A DNA stretch of 64,000 nucleotides, taken from the NCBI GenBank assembly GCA_963707025.1, contig CAVPOM010000009.1:388347-452346 (forward strand), read 5' to 3'. Position numbers and translations under genes: made by a program. The DNA is from an uncultured Verrucomicrobiae bacterium. GTDB lineage: Bacteria; Verrucomicrobiota; Verrucomicrobiia; Limisphaerales; Palsa-1400. Of this stretch, positions 54,544 to 63,701 are shown piece after piece (position 1 is the stretch's first letter; each line of letters starts with the position of its first letter). Below the pieces are notes generated by a model. It had not been told where the DNA came from and searched no databases. It was given only the letters and a program-made list of their open reading frames with translations.

Positions 54544-55776
54544 TCAGGCGGCACGCCGGGCCTGGGCGGTCGTAACTTTGATGATCTTGCCGGCGGTGGC
54601 GGTCCCGATCTTCCAAAATGCGGCCGCTTCTGGATCCGTCACCAGCCCTTTGTAATGGCGGTGAATGACATCGGGCGAATTGCCCGCCCATTCCGCCGTC
54701 TTGCCCTCATGCTTGTGGAAAGCGAAATGGTGAGAAACGCCAGTGTGCCGCATAACGTCCGGTCCCCACGGCTTGACGGCTTCCGATCCGCCCGCGCGCC
54801 CGCCATAGCCCGCCCGGCGCTTCACCGCATCAAAGTCCCGGCGCCAATTTGAGCCGCGGATCGGTGTCTGACTCAAAGCGTGCGGCGCCAGCAAAGCCGC
54901 CGCGTTTTTGGAAATTTCCACCACCCGCCGCTTGCGCATCTTCGCCGCGCCGCCCTGGATTGTGACCGTCCGGGCCTTCAAATCCACGCTTTCCCAAGTG
55001 AGCCGCGCCAATTCCGCCGGGCGGATCGCGCAAAACAGCCCCAGCGCCACGTAGGGCAGGCAAACCCCATCCTTGTAGCCTTGCGCCTCACCTACCAGCT
55101 TACGGACATCGGGCAGGCTGAGAATGGCTGGCTCGCTATCGTCAACCTTGATTTTTTCGATGTATTCAACCGGGTTATTCTGGCAAAACTGATTCTTGAC
55201 ACACCAGCGGAAAAACCCGGTCAAAACGCTGCGGTCGCTCACCCGCGCATAAAGCCCCTTGCCCGGCTGATTGATAAACGCCTCGATGTCCAGCTTGAGA
55301 ATGTCGCTCGCCATTTTTTCGGCGTGATCCTTGCAAAGCCGCCCGATTCGATAGCTCAAGTTTTGAAGTGTGGCGGGCCGCTTGTTTGCCGCCTTCTTCT
55401 CCTTTATGAACCGCGCGAAGGCGTCAACCAATGGGATTTTCACCAGCGGTTCACGGTAGTTTGCCTGGTAAAAGTCCACGGCGGCCGTCAGCGTTTTGCC
55501 GGCCGTAAGTGGCTTGCCGGCCAGGCGGTGCAAGGCGGATTCAGCGTCCGCGATTTGATCCGCCGTAAGCCGCGTGGACACCATGCTCGCGGACGGCTGC
55601 GGGATGCCCTGGCGCTCCAATTCAAGATAATGCTGGCGGACGGTAGCCTCGCCCATTGTCTTGAAATTCTGCCGGATTTGCTTGCCGTCCGCCCGGCAAC
55701 CCGTCACGCGGAATACCTCTTTGCCGCTTGGATTTTTGAATGGTTTGATCTGAAAATGAAGTCTGCTGGCTTTCAT
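54544..55776 (-). CDS. Tyrosine recombinase/integrase 1
   Basis: LFCAIRPAEL, AKMRKRR, DVMRHT, WAGNS..VIHRHY; abuts the tRNA fragment. Confidence 0.92.
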   Translation of the reverse strand: MKASRLHFQIKPFKNPSGKEVFRVTGCRADGKQIRQNFKTMGEATVRQHYLELERQGIPQPSASMVSTRLTADQIADAESALHRLAGKPLTAGKTLTAAVDFYQANYREPLVKIPLVDAFARFIKEKKAANKRPATLQNLSYRIGRLCKDHAEKMASDILKLDIEAFINQPGKGLYARVSDRSVLTGFFRWCVKNQFCQNNPVEYIEKIKVDDSEPAILSLPDVRKLVGEAQGYKDGVCLPYVALGLFCAIRPAELARLTWESVDLKARTVTIQGGAAKMRKRRVVEISKNAAALLAPHALSQTPIRGSNWRRDFDAVKRRAGYGGRAGGSEAVKPWGPDVMRHTGVSHHFAFHKHEGKTAEWAGNSPDVIHRHYKGLVTDPEAAAFWKIGTATAGKIIKVTTAQARRAA

Positions 55777-55786
55777 CTTGGCGTTG

Positions 55787-55815
55787 AAAGTAGCAACGAT
55801 TTGCTAAAACGTCAA
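55787..55815 (-). promoter_or_regulatory. Sigma70-type promoter of integrase 1
   Basis: TTGACG-N17-TACTTT, 10 nt before the ATG. Confidence 0.6.
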
Positions 55816-55864
55816 GCCCTATTTTTAAAAAACCCTTTAAAATAAAGGGTTTTGTCAATCATAC

Positions 55865-55916
55865 CACTGCTTTCGTAAAGCATGGGTCGCCGGTTCAAGT
55901 CCGGCAACTGGCTCCA
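55865..55916 (+). tRNA. 3' fragment of tRNA-Thr(CGT), an att site; the 5' acceptor strand and D-arm are absent
   Basis: TGCT-TTCGTAA-AGCA anticodon arm, GCCGG-TTCAAGT-CCGGC T-arm, AACTGGC-T-CCA; no complementary GCCAGTT upstream. Confidence 0.88.
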
Positions 55917-55964
55917 TTTCCAATGTGTTGTAACACAATGGGTTGGAGGAGGAGAGGGCGGCGG

Positions 55965-56040
55965 TGGACACCAAAATGGACACCACTTTGGCAAGGATGT
56001 CAGAATCCTGCCAGAATGCTGTCAGTGTTACGCCAGTACC
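55965..56040 (+). repeat. Direct repeats typical of an att arm
   Basis: TGGACACCA x2 (55965, 55977); YGYCAG hexamers at 11-bp period (55998, 56009, 56020, 56031). Confidence 0.7.
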
Positions 56041-56082
56041 CGCTAACGCGAACGCTCGCACTTCATTTACGATCATACCGTT

Positions 56083-57105
56083 ATGAAGCGCTATCGTCTA
56101 ATCTATCGCGGAATCCGCGATGCCTATTACTGTTTCGACACCCTCACCAAAAAGCGGGAGAGCCTGGGAATCAATGACGCCGGCGAAGCCCAGCGCCTGA
56201 TTGAGGCCCGGAACGAAGCCGTCCGCCATGTGGAAATGAATCTGCAAATCGCCCAGGTCTATTTGCAGCACAGCGACCCGACCATGGCAACCCGCACATG
56301 GCAGAATGTCATGGACGCAATGGGTCCACTCAAAACCGGCCCGACACAGGCCCGCTGGACATCGGCCATGCGAGACAAGGCATTTGATCTCATCCGCAAC
56401 CGGAAACTCATCGAAACAGCCTCAGAGCATTTCATGCAGGTCCTGACGACAGGCACGATCTCCACCAACATGTTTTTGCGCCGGCTGCACAACTACGCGA
56501 GCGGGATGCACTGGCTTCCCTGGCCGGTGCTGCCGAAACGCCTCTGGCCTACCGTGAAGCACAAGGAACGCCGGGCGATTACATTTGAGGAACACCTGAA
56601 AATCATTGACCGCGAACACAACCCGGAAATCCGGGCGTATTATCAATTTTTGTGGCACTTGGGCGGCTCGCAAACGGACATCGCGGAGTTGACCGCCGGG
56701 GACATTGACTGGAAAGACCATACCATCTCCTACCAACGCTGCAAAACCAGCGTGCCGGTGATTATCACCTTTGGCGCGGAGGCTGCGAGCTTGTTGGAGT
56801 CGCTTCCGAAGTTTGGCCCGTTGTTCCCACGCATGGCACGAATCAAAGAAAACCATCGCGCCAAGATGTTCATTAAGCGGCTCAAGACCGTGGGGATTAC
56901 CGGCATTTCCATGCACAGCTACCGTTACGCATGGGCGGAGCGGGCCAAGACCGTGGGGATGCCCGAACGGTTCGCGCAGCAGGCGCTTGGGCACAGTTCC
57001 AAAGCTTTTGCGCGAGCGTATTCCAAAAAGGCCAAAGTCATCGTTCCCTCATTGGAAGACTACGAAAGGAAAATCGTGCCGATGCAGCTGGCGGTGAATC
57101 AGTGA
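56083..57105 (+). CDS. Tyrosine recombinase/integrase 2
   Basis: KRESL arm-binding N-terminus; MHSYRY, ALGHSS, ARAY. Confidence 0.88.
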   Translation: MKRYRLIYRGIRDAYYCFDTLTKKRESLGINDAGEAQRLIEARNEAVRHVEMNLQIAQVYLQHSDPTMATRTWQNVMDAMGPLKTGPTQARWTSAMRDKAFDLIRNRKLIETASEHFMQVLTTGTISTNMFLRRLHNYASGMHWLPWPVLPKRLWPTVKHKERRAITFEEHLKIIDREHNPEIRAYYQFLWHLGGSQTDIAELTAGDIDWKDHTISYQRCKTSVPVIITFGAEAASLLESLPKFGPLFPRMARIKENHRAKMFIKRLKTVGITGISMHSYRYAWAERAKTVGMPERFAQQALGHSSKAFARAYSKKAKVIVPSLEDYERKIVPMQLAVNQ

Positions 57106-57190
57106 AGGCGAACGCCAAGACCGGTGACGGCGTGCCGTGGCGGATTCTATGGCACCAGGGCGGCACTCTGAGGTTATCGGTGGTTACGGT

Positions 57191-57219
57191 TTGCAAGATT
57201 TGGCCCACCGCTCCGTAAA
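57191..57219 (+). promoter_or_regulatory. Putative ECF promoter TTGCAAGATT-N13-CGTAAA
   Basis: Same spacing as the other four motif copies; 43 nt before ATG 57263. Confidence 0.5.
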
Positions 57220-57262
57220 GGAGTGGACCCGAGATTCTTATCAGTTAGCATGTGAAAAATTT

Positions 57263-58210
57263 ATGAGCGACCAAATGTTTTCATGCCTCGCCAGCGGCTC
57301 TGGACTCGCGGGCATTTCCGTTGATGAGGCGCTATTGTTCGGAACCGGTGGCGCGATCTATCCCCGCCTCATGATTCCCGTTAAGCTCGATTACTATCCT
57401 CTGCACGAGAAGCTCGCAGATTATGTTTTCACTGGGCTTGACGCGCAATTGTCGCGCGATAACGTTGGAAAATTGGCGGACGCAATTCCTTTAAGGCTGG
57501 TTCGTGTTCAGCGCACCCACGCGCATTATGTCGGCCCTGAATACCTGTCCCTGGAGTTTCCCATCGATGCGAAGCGTGTCACGGCAATGGAACGGCAGCG
57601 TGATGGCAAAGACTTGGCTCTGAACATTGATTGTCAACTGACCGTTGAGGAACATCGGCCCATCGAAGGAGATCCAAAGACGCAGCGCCCGGCAATATGG
57701 GGAGTTCGCAGTGTGCTCCGCCTGACGGCAAAATTATCCATCAGGATTCCTCGGTCAACCTGGATTGAACGTGTTTTACCAAACACGGGCTTTGGGGTGG
57801 TTCACCTGGTTGAACTTCCCGCAGTGCCAATCGAAAATTGCCAAGCCCTTAATCGGTCCTACGAAGCTCTGCGCCAGGCACAATCACTCCACGCAGAAGG
57901 CTTCTATGATATGGCCGTAGCCAGATGCCGCACGGCGCTCGATCCGTTTTTCACGTCAGTTCCCGTGGACCCAAAAAACAAAGACTCGGCCCGGCAGCCC
58001 GAATTAAAGCGAAGCTGGCAAACGCGGCTTGGTTCCGCTACCTCCACCTGGTTGAACAGCGCACTTACCGCGATCAAAACTGCTGCGAACCCCACGGTTC
58101 ACCTTCCCGAACCGCACTACGACCAATTTGAGTCGCAGATGATCCAAGCCATCACCACCACCGTCATCGCCTACGCTGCGCGGACGATGCAACCAGACGA
58201 CAAAAAATAG
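57263..58210 (+). CDS. Hypothetical cargo protein; beta-rich N-terminus and helical HEPN/Abi_C-like C-terminus
   Basis: YDMAVARCRTALD...KTAANPTVH helical pattern; located between int and xis. Confidence 0.55.
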   Translation: MSDQMFSCLASGSGLAGISVDEALLFGTGGAIYPRLMIPVKLDYYPLHEKLADYVFTGLDAQLSRDNVGKLADAIPLRLVRVQRTHAHYVGPEYLSLEFPIDAKRVTAMERQRDGKDLALNIDCQLTVEEHRPIEGDPKTQRPAIWGVRSVLRLTAKLSIRIPRSTWIERVLPNTGFGVVHLVELPAVPIENCQALNRSYEALRQAQSLHAEGFYDMAVARCRTALDPFFTSVPVDPKNKDSARQPELKRSWQTRLGSATSTWLNSALTAIKTAANPTVHLPEPHYDQFESQMIQAITTTVIAYAARTMQPDDKK

Positions 58211-58286
58211 TCACGTCCGCTCCCGCGAACCAACGCCATGTTTCTCCACCCTGTGCGGGACTGCAATTCGGACGCGCCTTTCACGC

Positions 58287-58649
58287 TCAACCGTTTTCGC
58301 CAGCGGTGGTCGCTAAACTTGCTCGTTCTAAATTCGGGGACAAACCGTGCCGCGCTCCATTTGGAGAATGACTTTTCTGGCGCACATTTCTTTTGTGCCA
58401 GTGCTGGCTGATGGTGTTCGTCATCTTTGCCAGCCATGCCCGGTCTTTGGTCAATTCCGTAACCTCTGCCGTGGAAAAGAACTTGACGGCGTTTTGTGGC
58501 GGGTTTCCGAGGGGTTTCAGCAGACGAGTTGAAATGAGGATCGGCATGTCATGGAACTGGCAACCGAGCACCCAGGCCGCTTGTTCGACAGTCAGCCGGG
58601 CCGGGAGCTGCCCAACCAACGACAGAAATTGATGTTGCTCGTCTTTCAT
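58287..58649 (-). CDS. Excisionase-like winged-HTH protein
   Basis: LPARLTVEQAAWVLG...LLKPLGNP...KFF; convergent with the integrase. Confidence 0.7.
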   Translation of the reverse strand: MKDEQHQFLSLVGQLPARLTVEQAAWVLGCQFHDMPILISTRLLKPLGNPPQNAVKFFSTAEVTELTKDRAWLAKMTNTISQHWHKRNVRQKSHSPNGARHGLSPNLERASLATTAGENG

Positions 58650-58684
58650 TTGAGTTTGTAATCCTTGATTACCGGATGCCGGTT

Positions 58685-60215
58685 TTAGTACTGCCGGGGG
58701 GAACCGCCCACAATCACGCCACCGGAACGGAGAACGGCCGGTGGCGTTGCCATTGCGCCAGGCTTCGTGAACGCCGGATAAGGCGCCGTGCCGGCTTCCC
58801 GCGCCATGTCCTCGTACGACCGCCAGGCATACATCACGCCGCCCACGATGCAGTACTTGGCCGTCACGCTCGTAAGCTCCTTGTCCACGCCCAGGACATA
58901 AACCGACTTGTCTGACAAGACTACCGTTGTGACCAAGCGTCCGTTGCGGTCCGGCGTGGTCATCACTCCCACGAAAAACACATCATGGGAAACGGTCGGC
59001 ACAGACTCAGACGCCGCAAACACAGATTCCGCGACGGTCCTGGCATCCAACCGCGGAGCCGCGGGCAGCGGCCTGCCAATCAGATTTGGCTTTTGCGCCG
59101 GCGCAACGGCCCCGATCTGGCCGGCAGGCAGGCCCGCCACGGCACCCGCCGACGGAAGCATCATTCGCGCCCCCTGGCACAACCCGCGCCACCGTCCCGC
59201 CATCCACACGATTAGTCTGATGTTGCACCGCCGCCAAAGCGTCCACCGATTGCCCGAAGAACTTATGCACGACATGCTTGGAAATCATCCCATAGGCCGG
59301 AAACAACGACGCCAGGATTATCGGAAACAGCAACGCCCACCGCCACGAAATGCCCCGCGCCGCCGCCTCTTTGTCCGCTTTCATGGCTTCAATCCCGATG
59401 CCCTTGGCCGTCTCGTAACAATCCGCCAGCCGAAAATCCATCCGAAAACTGCGCGACCATTCCGAGGCTTGCCCAGGCGCTCCCGTGAACACGTCAGGGT
59501 AAGCCGCCATGCGGAAGAACCTGGGAGGCTGGAAGATGCCGATCTTCTTCTTCCCCACGTTGGTCAGGTATATGTATTCCTGGGTGAAACTCCGCAGCAT
59601 CTTGTCCACGTTTTCCGGCTTCTGCGTATAAACGTAAATGTCGTCACCGAGCTTGCGATGCTGCGACAGGTAAAAGGGCATTTCCTCCGGGGCTTCCGCA
59701 TACTTGCGCACGTTGTAAAACAACTGGCATTCGTCCAGGTGGTAAACCACGCCCTCTCCGGCAAAGCGGCCCTTTGCGCCCCACGGCGAGAAATCCAGGC
59801 ACACCGGATGCGACGGCCCCTTGTCGCCCGACGCCCGTTGATTCACTTTCGCCACCAACTCCGCGCCGGTTTGCCGGTAACGGTAGAACTCCTTCAACTC
59901 ATCATCGCCCAGGATGCGAATGCGCGAAGGCACCAGCACCATCGCCACGCCGTCCACCACCTTGCCGACCAGGCCGGACGCAAATACCCCCGCCCCCGCT
60001 GGACACTCGAAATCGGTGGCCGGCCGCCAATGGTCGTAAAGGCAAACATCATGGGATGGGTAATGCTCCGCCAGGTAATCCGAGAACTCCGGCAGCTTGA
60101 TCGGGAGATTGGTCACGATCAAACGATGGCCGTGCAGGATTTCGTCCCGGATGTTCACCATCCCGCGATAGGACTTGCCCGACCCGATTTTACCGCTGAC
60201 AAAATAGAGACTCAT
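58685..60215 (-). CDS. Inovirus pI / Zot-like morphogenesis ATPase; probable frameshift near 59170-59240
   Basis: VSGKIGSGKSY Walker A; IVTNLP; LDECQLFY; SQHRKLGDDI..YTQ; CYET; TM helix. The C-terminal part continues in ORF 58685-59275. Confidence 0.88.
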
Positions 60216-60408
60216 AAAGGGAGAAAAGATCGCGCTCCAAATACGGGAGCGGTTCGTCAAGAAGATCAATCACGCCATCCAGCCGGCACATCATGTGCGC
60301 GTAGTCCAAGCCGCCGGCCCAGGTCCGAACCAAGCGCCGCCCCCGTGTCACCACGACGCAGGTGTTCTCAAAACGCCTCATACCCAATCCTGGAGCGTTT
60401 CTTTTCAC
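60190..60408 (-). CDS. Small hypothetical phage protein
   Basis: GTG start overlaps the upstream stop (ATGTGA); fills the gap in the operon. Confidence 0.35.
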   Translation of the reverse strand: MKRNAPGLGMRRFENTCVVVTRGRRLVRTWAGGLDYAHMMCRLDGVIDLLDEPLPYLERDLFSLYESLFCQR

Positions 60409-61082
60409 ATTGTGGGCGCCTCCCCGCCGATGTTGCGGACTTGCCGCCAAATCAGTTGATAGGCAATCCCGGTGCAGGCCAGGGTGAAACCCGCGATAAA
60501 CCACGGCCAGAGGAACTCTTGCGCCTGGTCAGGCCGGATGTAGCCGTAATTCACGACCGAGACGCCGCCAAACCCGCCCGCCGCCAACGAACCGCTGTCG
60601 CAAACGAACGTCACGACGTTGACATTGGTTCCGCTCAAATCCATCGCCGGACTGAACGTGTCCCCTTCGTGAGTGTCCGACGGGCAAAACGCCTGGAAAT
60701 AACACCCGCCTGGAGGCACCAGAACCCAGGACAGCGCCGAAACGCCCTGCACCGGCCAAAGCGTGTAGTAAATGCCGCTCCCGCCAGGCCTGGTGCAATC
60801 CACCTCGACAGCCGCGCCCGTCTCATTGTCCCAAATCACCGGGACCATGACAGATCCGTCAGACAGCACGCCGACCGGCCCGGACCCGATCCCGACGCCC
60901 GTAACTGTGTAACCATCGGCCCGCGCCGTCGCACACAGGAGCAGCCCCGCGCCGCAGATGCCCCAAAACAACGCCCGGCGCCGTCCCGCCTCCCCATCCA
61001 CGACCGCAATCAGAGTCGCGCCGCCAAGAACTATCGCCGCCGCAAAGCAGCCAAACACGCGCAAAGCCAGGTAATCAATCAT
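60405..61082 (-). CDS. Inovirus membrane protein of unknown function
   Basis: N- and C-terminal hydrophobic helices around a beta-rich, Cys-containing domain. Confidence 0.6.
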   Translation of the reverse strand: MIDYLALRVFGCFAAAIVLGGATLIAVVDGEAGRRRALFWGICGAGLLLCATARADGYTVTGVGIGSGPVGVLSDGSVMVPVIWDNETGAAVEVDCTRPGGSGIYYTLWPVQGVSALSWVLVPPGGCYFQAFCPSDTHEGDTFSPAMDLSGTNVNVVTFVCDSGSLAAGGFGGVSVVNYGYIRPDQAQEFLWPWFIAGFTLACTGIAYQLIWRQVRNIGGEAPTM

Positions 61083-61085
61083 AAG

Positions 61086-63161
61086 TCAGGAGATTAGGGA
61101 TTTGAGCACCAGCATGGACATGGCCCAGATCGGCCCCGCCGTGAGGCGGATGAAGACTTACCAGAGCACCGAGCAGATCAGGAAATTGATGGGGAGAAAT
61201 TGATCGGCCAGCCAGTAGGCTTGCTGCAAAGCCGATGTCAGGCCGTCAGGCCGAAACGGGATCACCCCGCACGCCCCAAACCAGGTGGAACCGACGCCCG
61301 TTGTCACCGCGACCCCGATAAACAACGGAATGGCCCCGGCCAGGGCCACCATCAGAGGCAAATACACCGCGCCCGACAATTGACCCACCGAGTTGCCCAG
61401 AACGCTCATGCGGTTGGCTTGCAGTTGCGTGGTCCCGGCCAGGCCCGCCGAGTATTTCTCAAACAGTTTCATCACCAGCAGGATGAAAACCACGCACGCG
61501 ATCCACTGTTCACAAGTCCGGCTCACCCCGGCCAGGGAAGCAATCCCGGCATTGTCCATTGGGTTGAGGTCAAACGAATAGGTCTTGTCGCCCATCACAC
61601 AGTTCAAATTCCAAAAACTGCTGTCCAGCGACGAAATCGGCCCTGTCCCCAAGTCGTTTGCGCCTGCTTGCGCCAGGGACCCTTGCAAATTCAAATTGGC
61701 GAACTGCGAAGCCGCGAACCCGGCCAGGTGATTGGTCATGCCCGCCACATTCGCCCCGTCTGACCAGACCCGCGACAACCCCCCAACCGCGTCATTGGTG
61801 GCAGCCAGCGACGCCGCCGCGAAATTGGACACGATCCCAAACTGGCCCGCCATGTCCCCGGTATTGGAAACGATTTGTTCTACACCGTTGGACATGCCCG
61901 CCAGCGTCCCGTCAGCGATCCAGAGCAAATTGGAGATTCCCCCAAGCCCTTGAATGGTATTGCTGCCCACGCCTGCCGCGTTATTCGACATGCCGCCCAA
62001 TGCGCCCTGGATGCTCCCCAAACTCGCATTGCCGGAAGAAATGCTGGAATTGATGGCCGCCAAATCGCCGTTGGCCGCTGTCAGCAATGCGTTTCCGGTC
62101 CCCTGGCCGCTCAAAATGCTGCCCTCGATACCCCTGATGGCTCCCAGGCCCGCATTATTATCTACATCCAGCTTGCCTACCCCGTTGGCCACATTGACCA
62201 ATTCCGCAAATACCGCGTCAAACCCCGTTATCAGGGTCGCATTGGACGCCAAGCCGGAACCCGCCATGCCGGCATAGTTGATCGGTGAATTTGTCCCGCC
62301 AGGATAGACGCTGTCGCCGCCTGCCCAGGGAATGGTGGCCCCATTGTTATTGACCACCGAGCCGGACGAAGCCCCCGGAGGAATGGCCGTCCCGACCAAA
62401 TTCGTTGAGGCAATGGTCCCCGTGAAATTGGGGTCATACCCCGCCATCGAACTGCATCCGCCCGCCTTGCGGCCCCCATCCCCAATCAACGGCAAACTGA
62501 CTTGCGTGGACTGCGAACCCATGCCGCCGCCTGTTTCCGTGACCAAAGCCAGGTTGTTTGTCGGCCCCGCCGTCGTGCAGATCTGCGCCGACCCGCCCGC
62601 CGGCACATAAATCTCATTATCCCCGCAGGCGTCAATACTCAGCAAAACGCCGTTGTCCACGTTGGCAATCCCATAGGAGTTGCCCACGCCGGAAGTATTG
62701 TTGATCGTGACGCAAAACAGGGAATTGGTTGAAATCGCCGGCCCGGCCCCGCCGCCACTGCCACCCCACATATACACGTCTATTGTGACCGGACTCCCGG
62801 CGGATGTTCCAGGCAGCGTGTAGGTTGTCCCGCTGGAGAATTGGACGCTCGTAACCGCGCTCCCGTCCAGCCAGGCGCAGTTGTTGGCCCCGCCCACGAA
62901 CGAAATCGTGTCGCCCTGATACACCGGCCAGGCGCTTCCCCAACTGACTTTTGTGTAACTGGCCCCTGCCGCCAGGTACGGCGCCGGAAAATTGACACTG
63001 ATGTTGAAGCCCGTGTAGGAGTCGCGCAGCGTGCAATACTGTATCCCCTCAGACGTGCCGTTGTTGTGGAAAATGAAGGTGTTGTAAAGGCTCACCGGAG
63101 GTTGCGCTTGCACCGCCAACCCGCCCAGTACCATCAGCCCGCCAAGTAACAGTTTTTTCAT
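61086..63161 (-). CDS. Inovirus pIII-like attachment protein with an extended multi-TM (pVI-like) C-terminus; in-frame TAA at 61158-61160
   Basis: Signal peptide; Gly/Ser/Asn-rich domains with Cys residues; several TMs; frame continues VFIRLTAGPIWAMSMLVLKSLIS* to 61086. Confidence 0.75.
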
Positions 63162-63164
63162 AAA

Positions 63165-63236
63165 TCACCATTTGAACAGCCAGAACAGAGCCAGGGGGAT
63201 GGCCATGCCGGCACAGAAGCAAATTAGTTGAGGCAT
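63165..63236 (-). CDS. 23-aa hydrophobic minor coat protein (pVII/pIX-like)
   Basis: MPQLICFCAGMAIPLALFWLFKW; AAAGGA ribosome-binding site upstream; between the coat and pIII genes. Confidence 0.6.
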   Translation of the reverse strand: MPQLICFCAGMAIPLALFWLFKW

Positions 63237-63322
63237 AAATCCTTTTTGTGAGGCTATCGGGAGCCAGCCACCCTTTTCATCGGCCCATGACCGGCCCCCG
63301 ACGTTTGCAGGAGCACTACAAA

Positions 63323-63535
63323 TCAGCCGCGGATTTTCTTCACCAGACGGAAGATCACCCAGAAGCCCAACACGCCGACCATGAAGGTCGCGATTGCCGT
63401 GAACGCGGTCGTTGCCGCCGCCGTGATGGTGGACGGGTCAGCAAACACCGGAGTATAACCCCCGTCAGCCAGAGCCGAATTCAGACTGATAACCAGAACC
63501 GCCAGGAGGCACAGAATCAACTTCATCTTTTTCAT
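63323..63535 (-). CDS. Inovirus major coat protein (pVIII-like)
   Basis: Signal peptide ending ALA; amphipathic then TM helix; basic C-terminus FRLVKKIRG; AAGGA ribosome-binding site. Confidence 0.85.
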   Translation of the reverse strand: MKKMKLILCLLAVLVISLNSALADGGYTPVFADPSTITAAATTAFTAIATFMVGVLGFWVIFRLVKKIRG

Positions 63536-63659
63536 ACTTACTTATCCTTTCACTTCATTGTTTTTCCCCAAGTGAACAGCCCGCAAACGCGAACCACGAA
63601 CCCTTGGAAATCCCTCTTCCAATCCCTTCCCCATCAGGGCAGAAGGTTTCTACAAGGAG

Positions 63660-63701
63660 CCTTACCAGGGGGCGGCCTGAAGGCCGCCCCCCTTGGTAAG
63701 G
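63660..63701. other. Long GC-rich hairpin; candidate rolling-circle origin or packaging signal
   Basis: CCTTACCAGGGGGCGGCC-TGAA-GGCCGCCCCCCTTGGTAAGG. Confidence 0.55.

Noticed and set aside
55845..55916. Intact tRNA-Thr gene
   Set aside because: No 5' acceptor strand or D-arm; only the 3' half is present.
58908..61097. 729-aa plus-strand ORF
   Set aside because: Antisense shadow of the inovirus genes; Arg/Pro/His-rich with no motifs.
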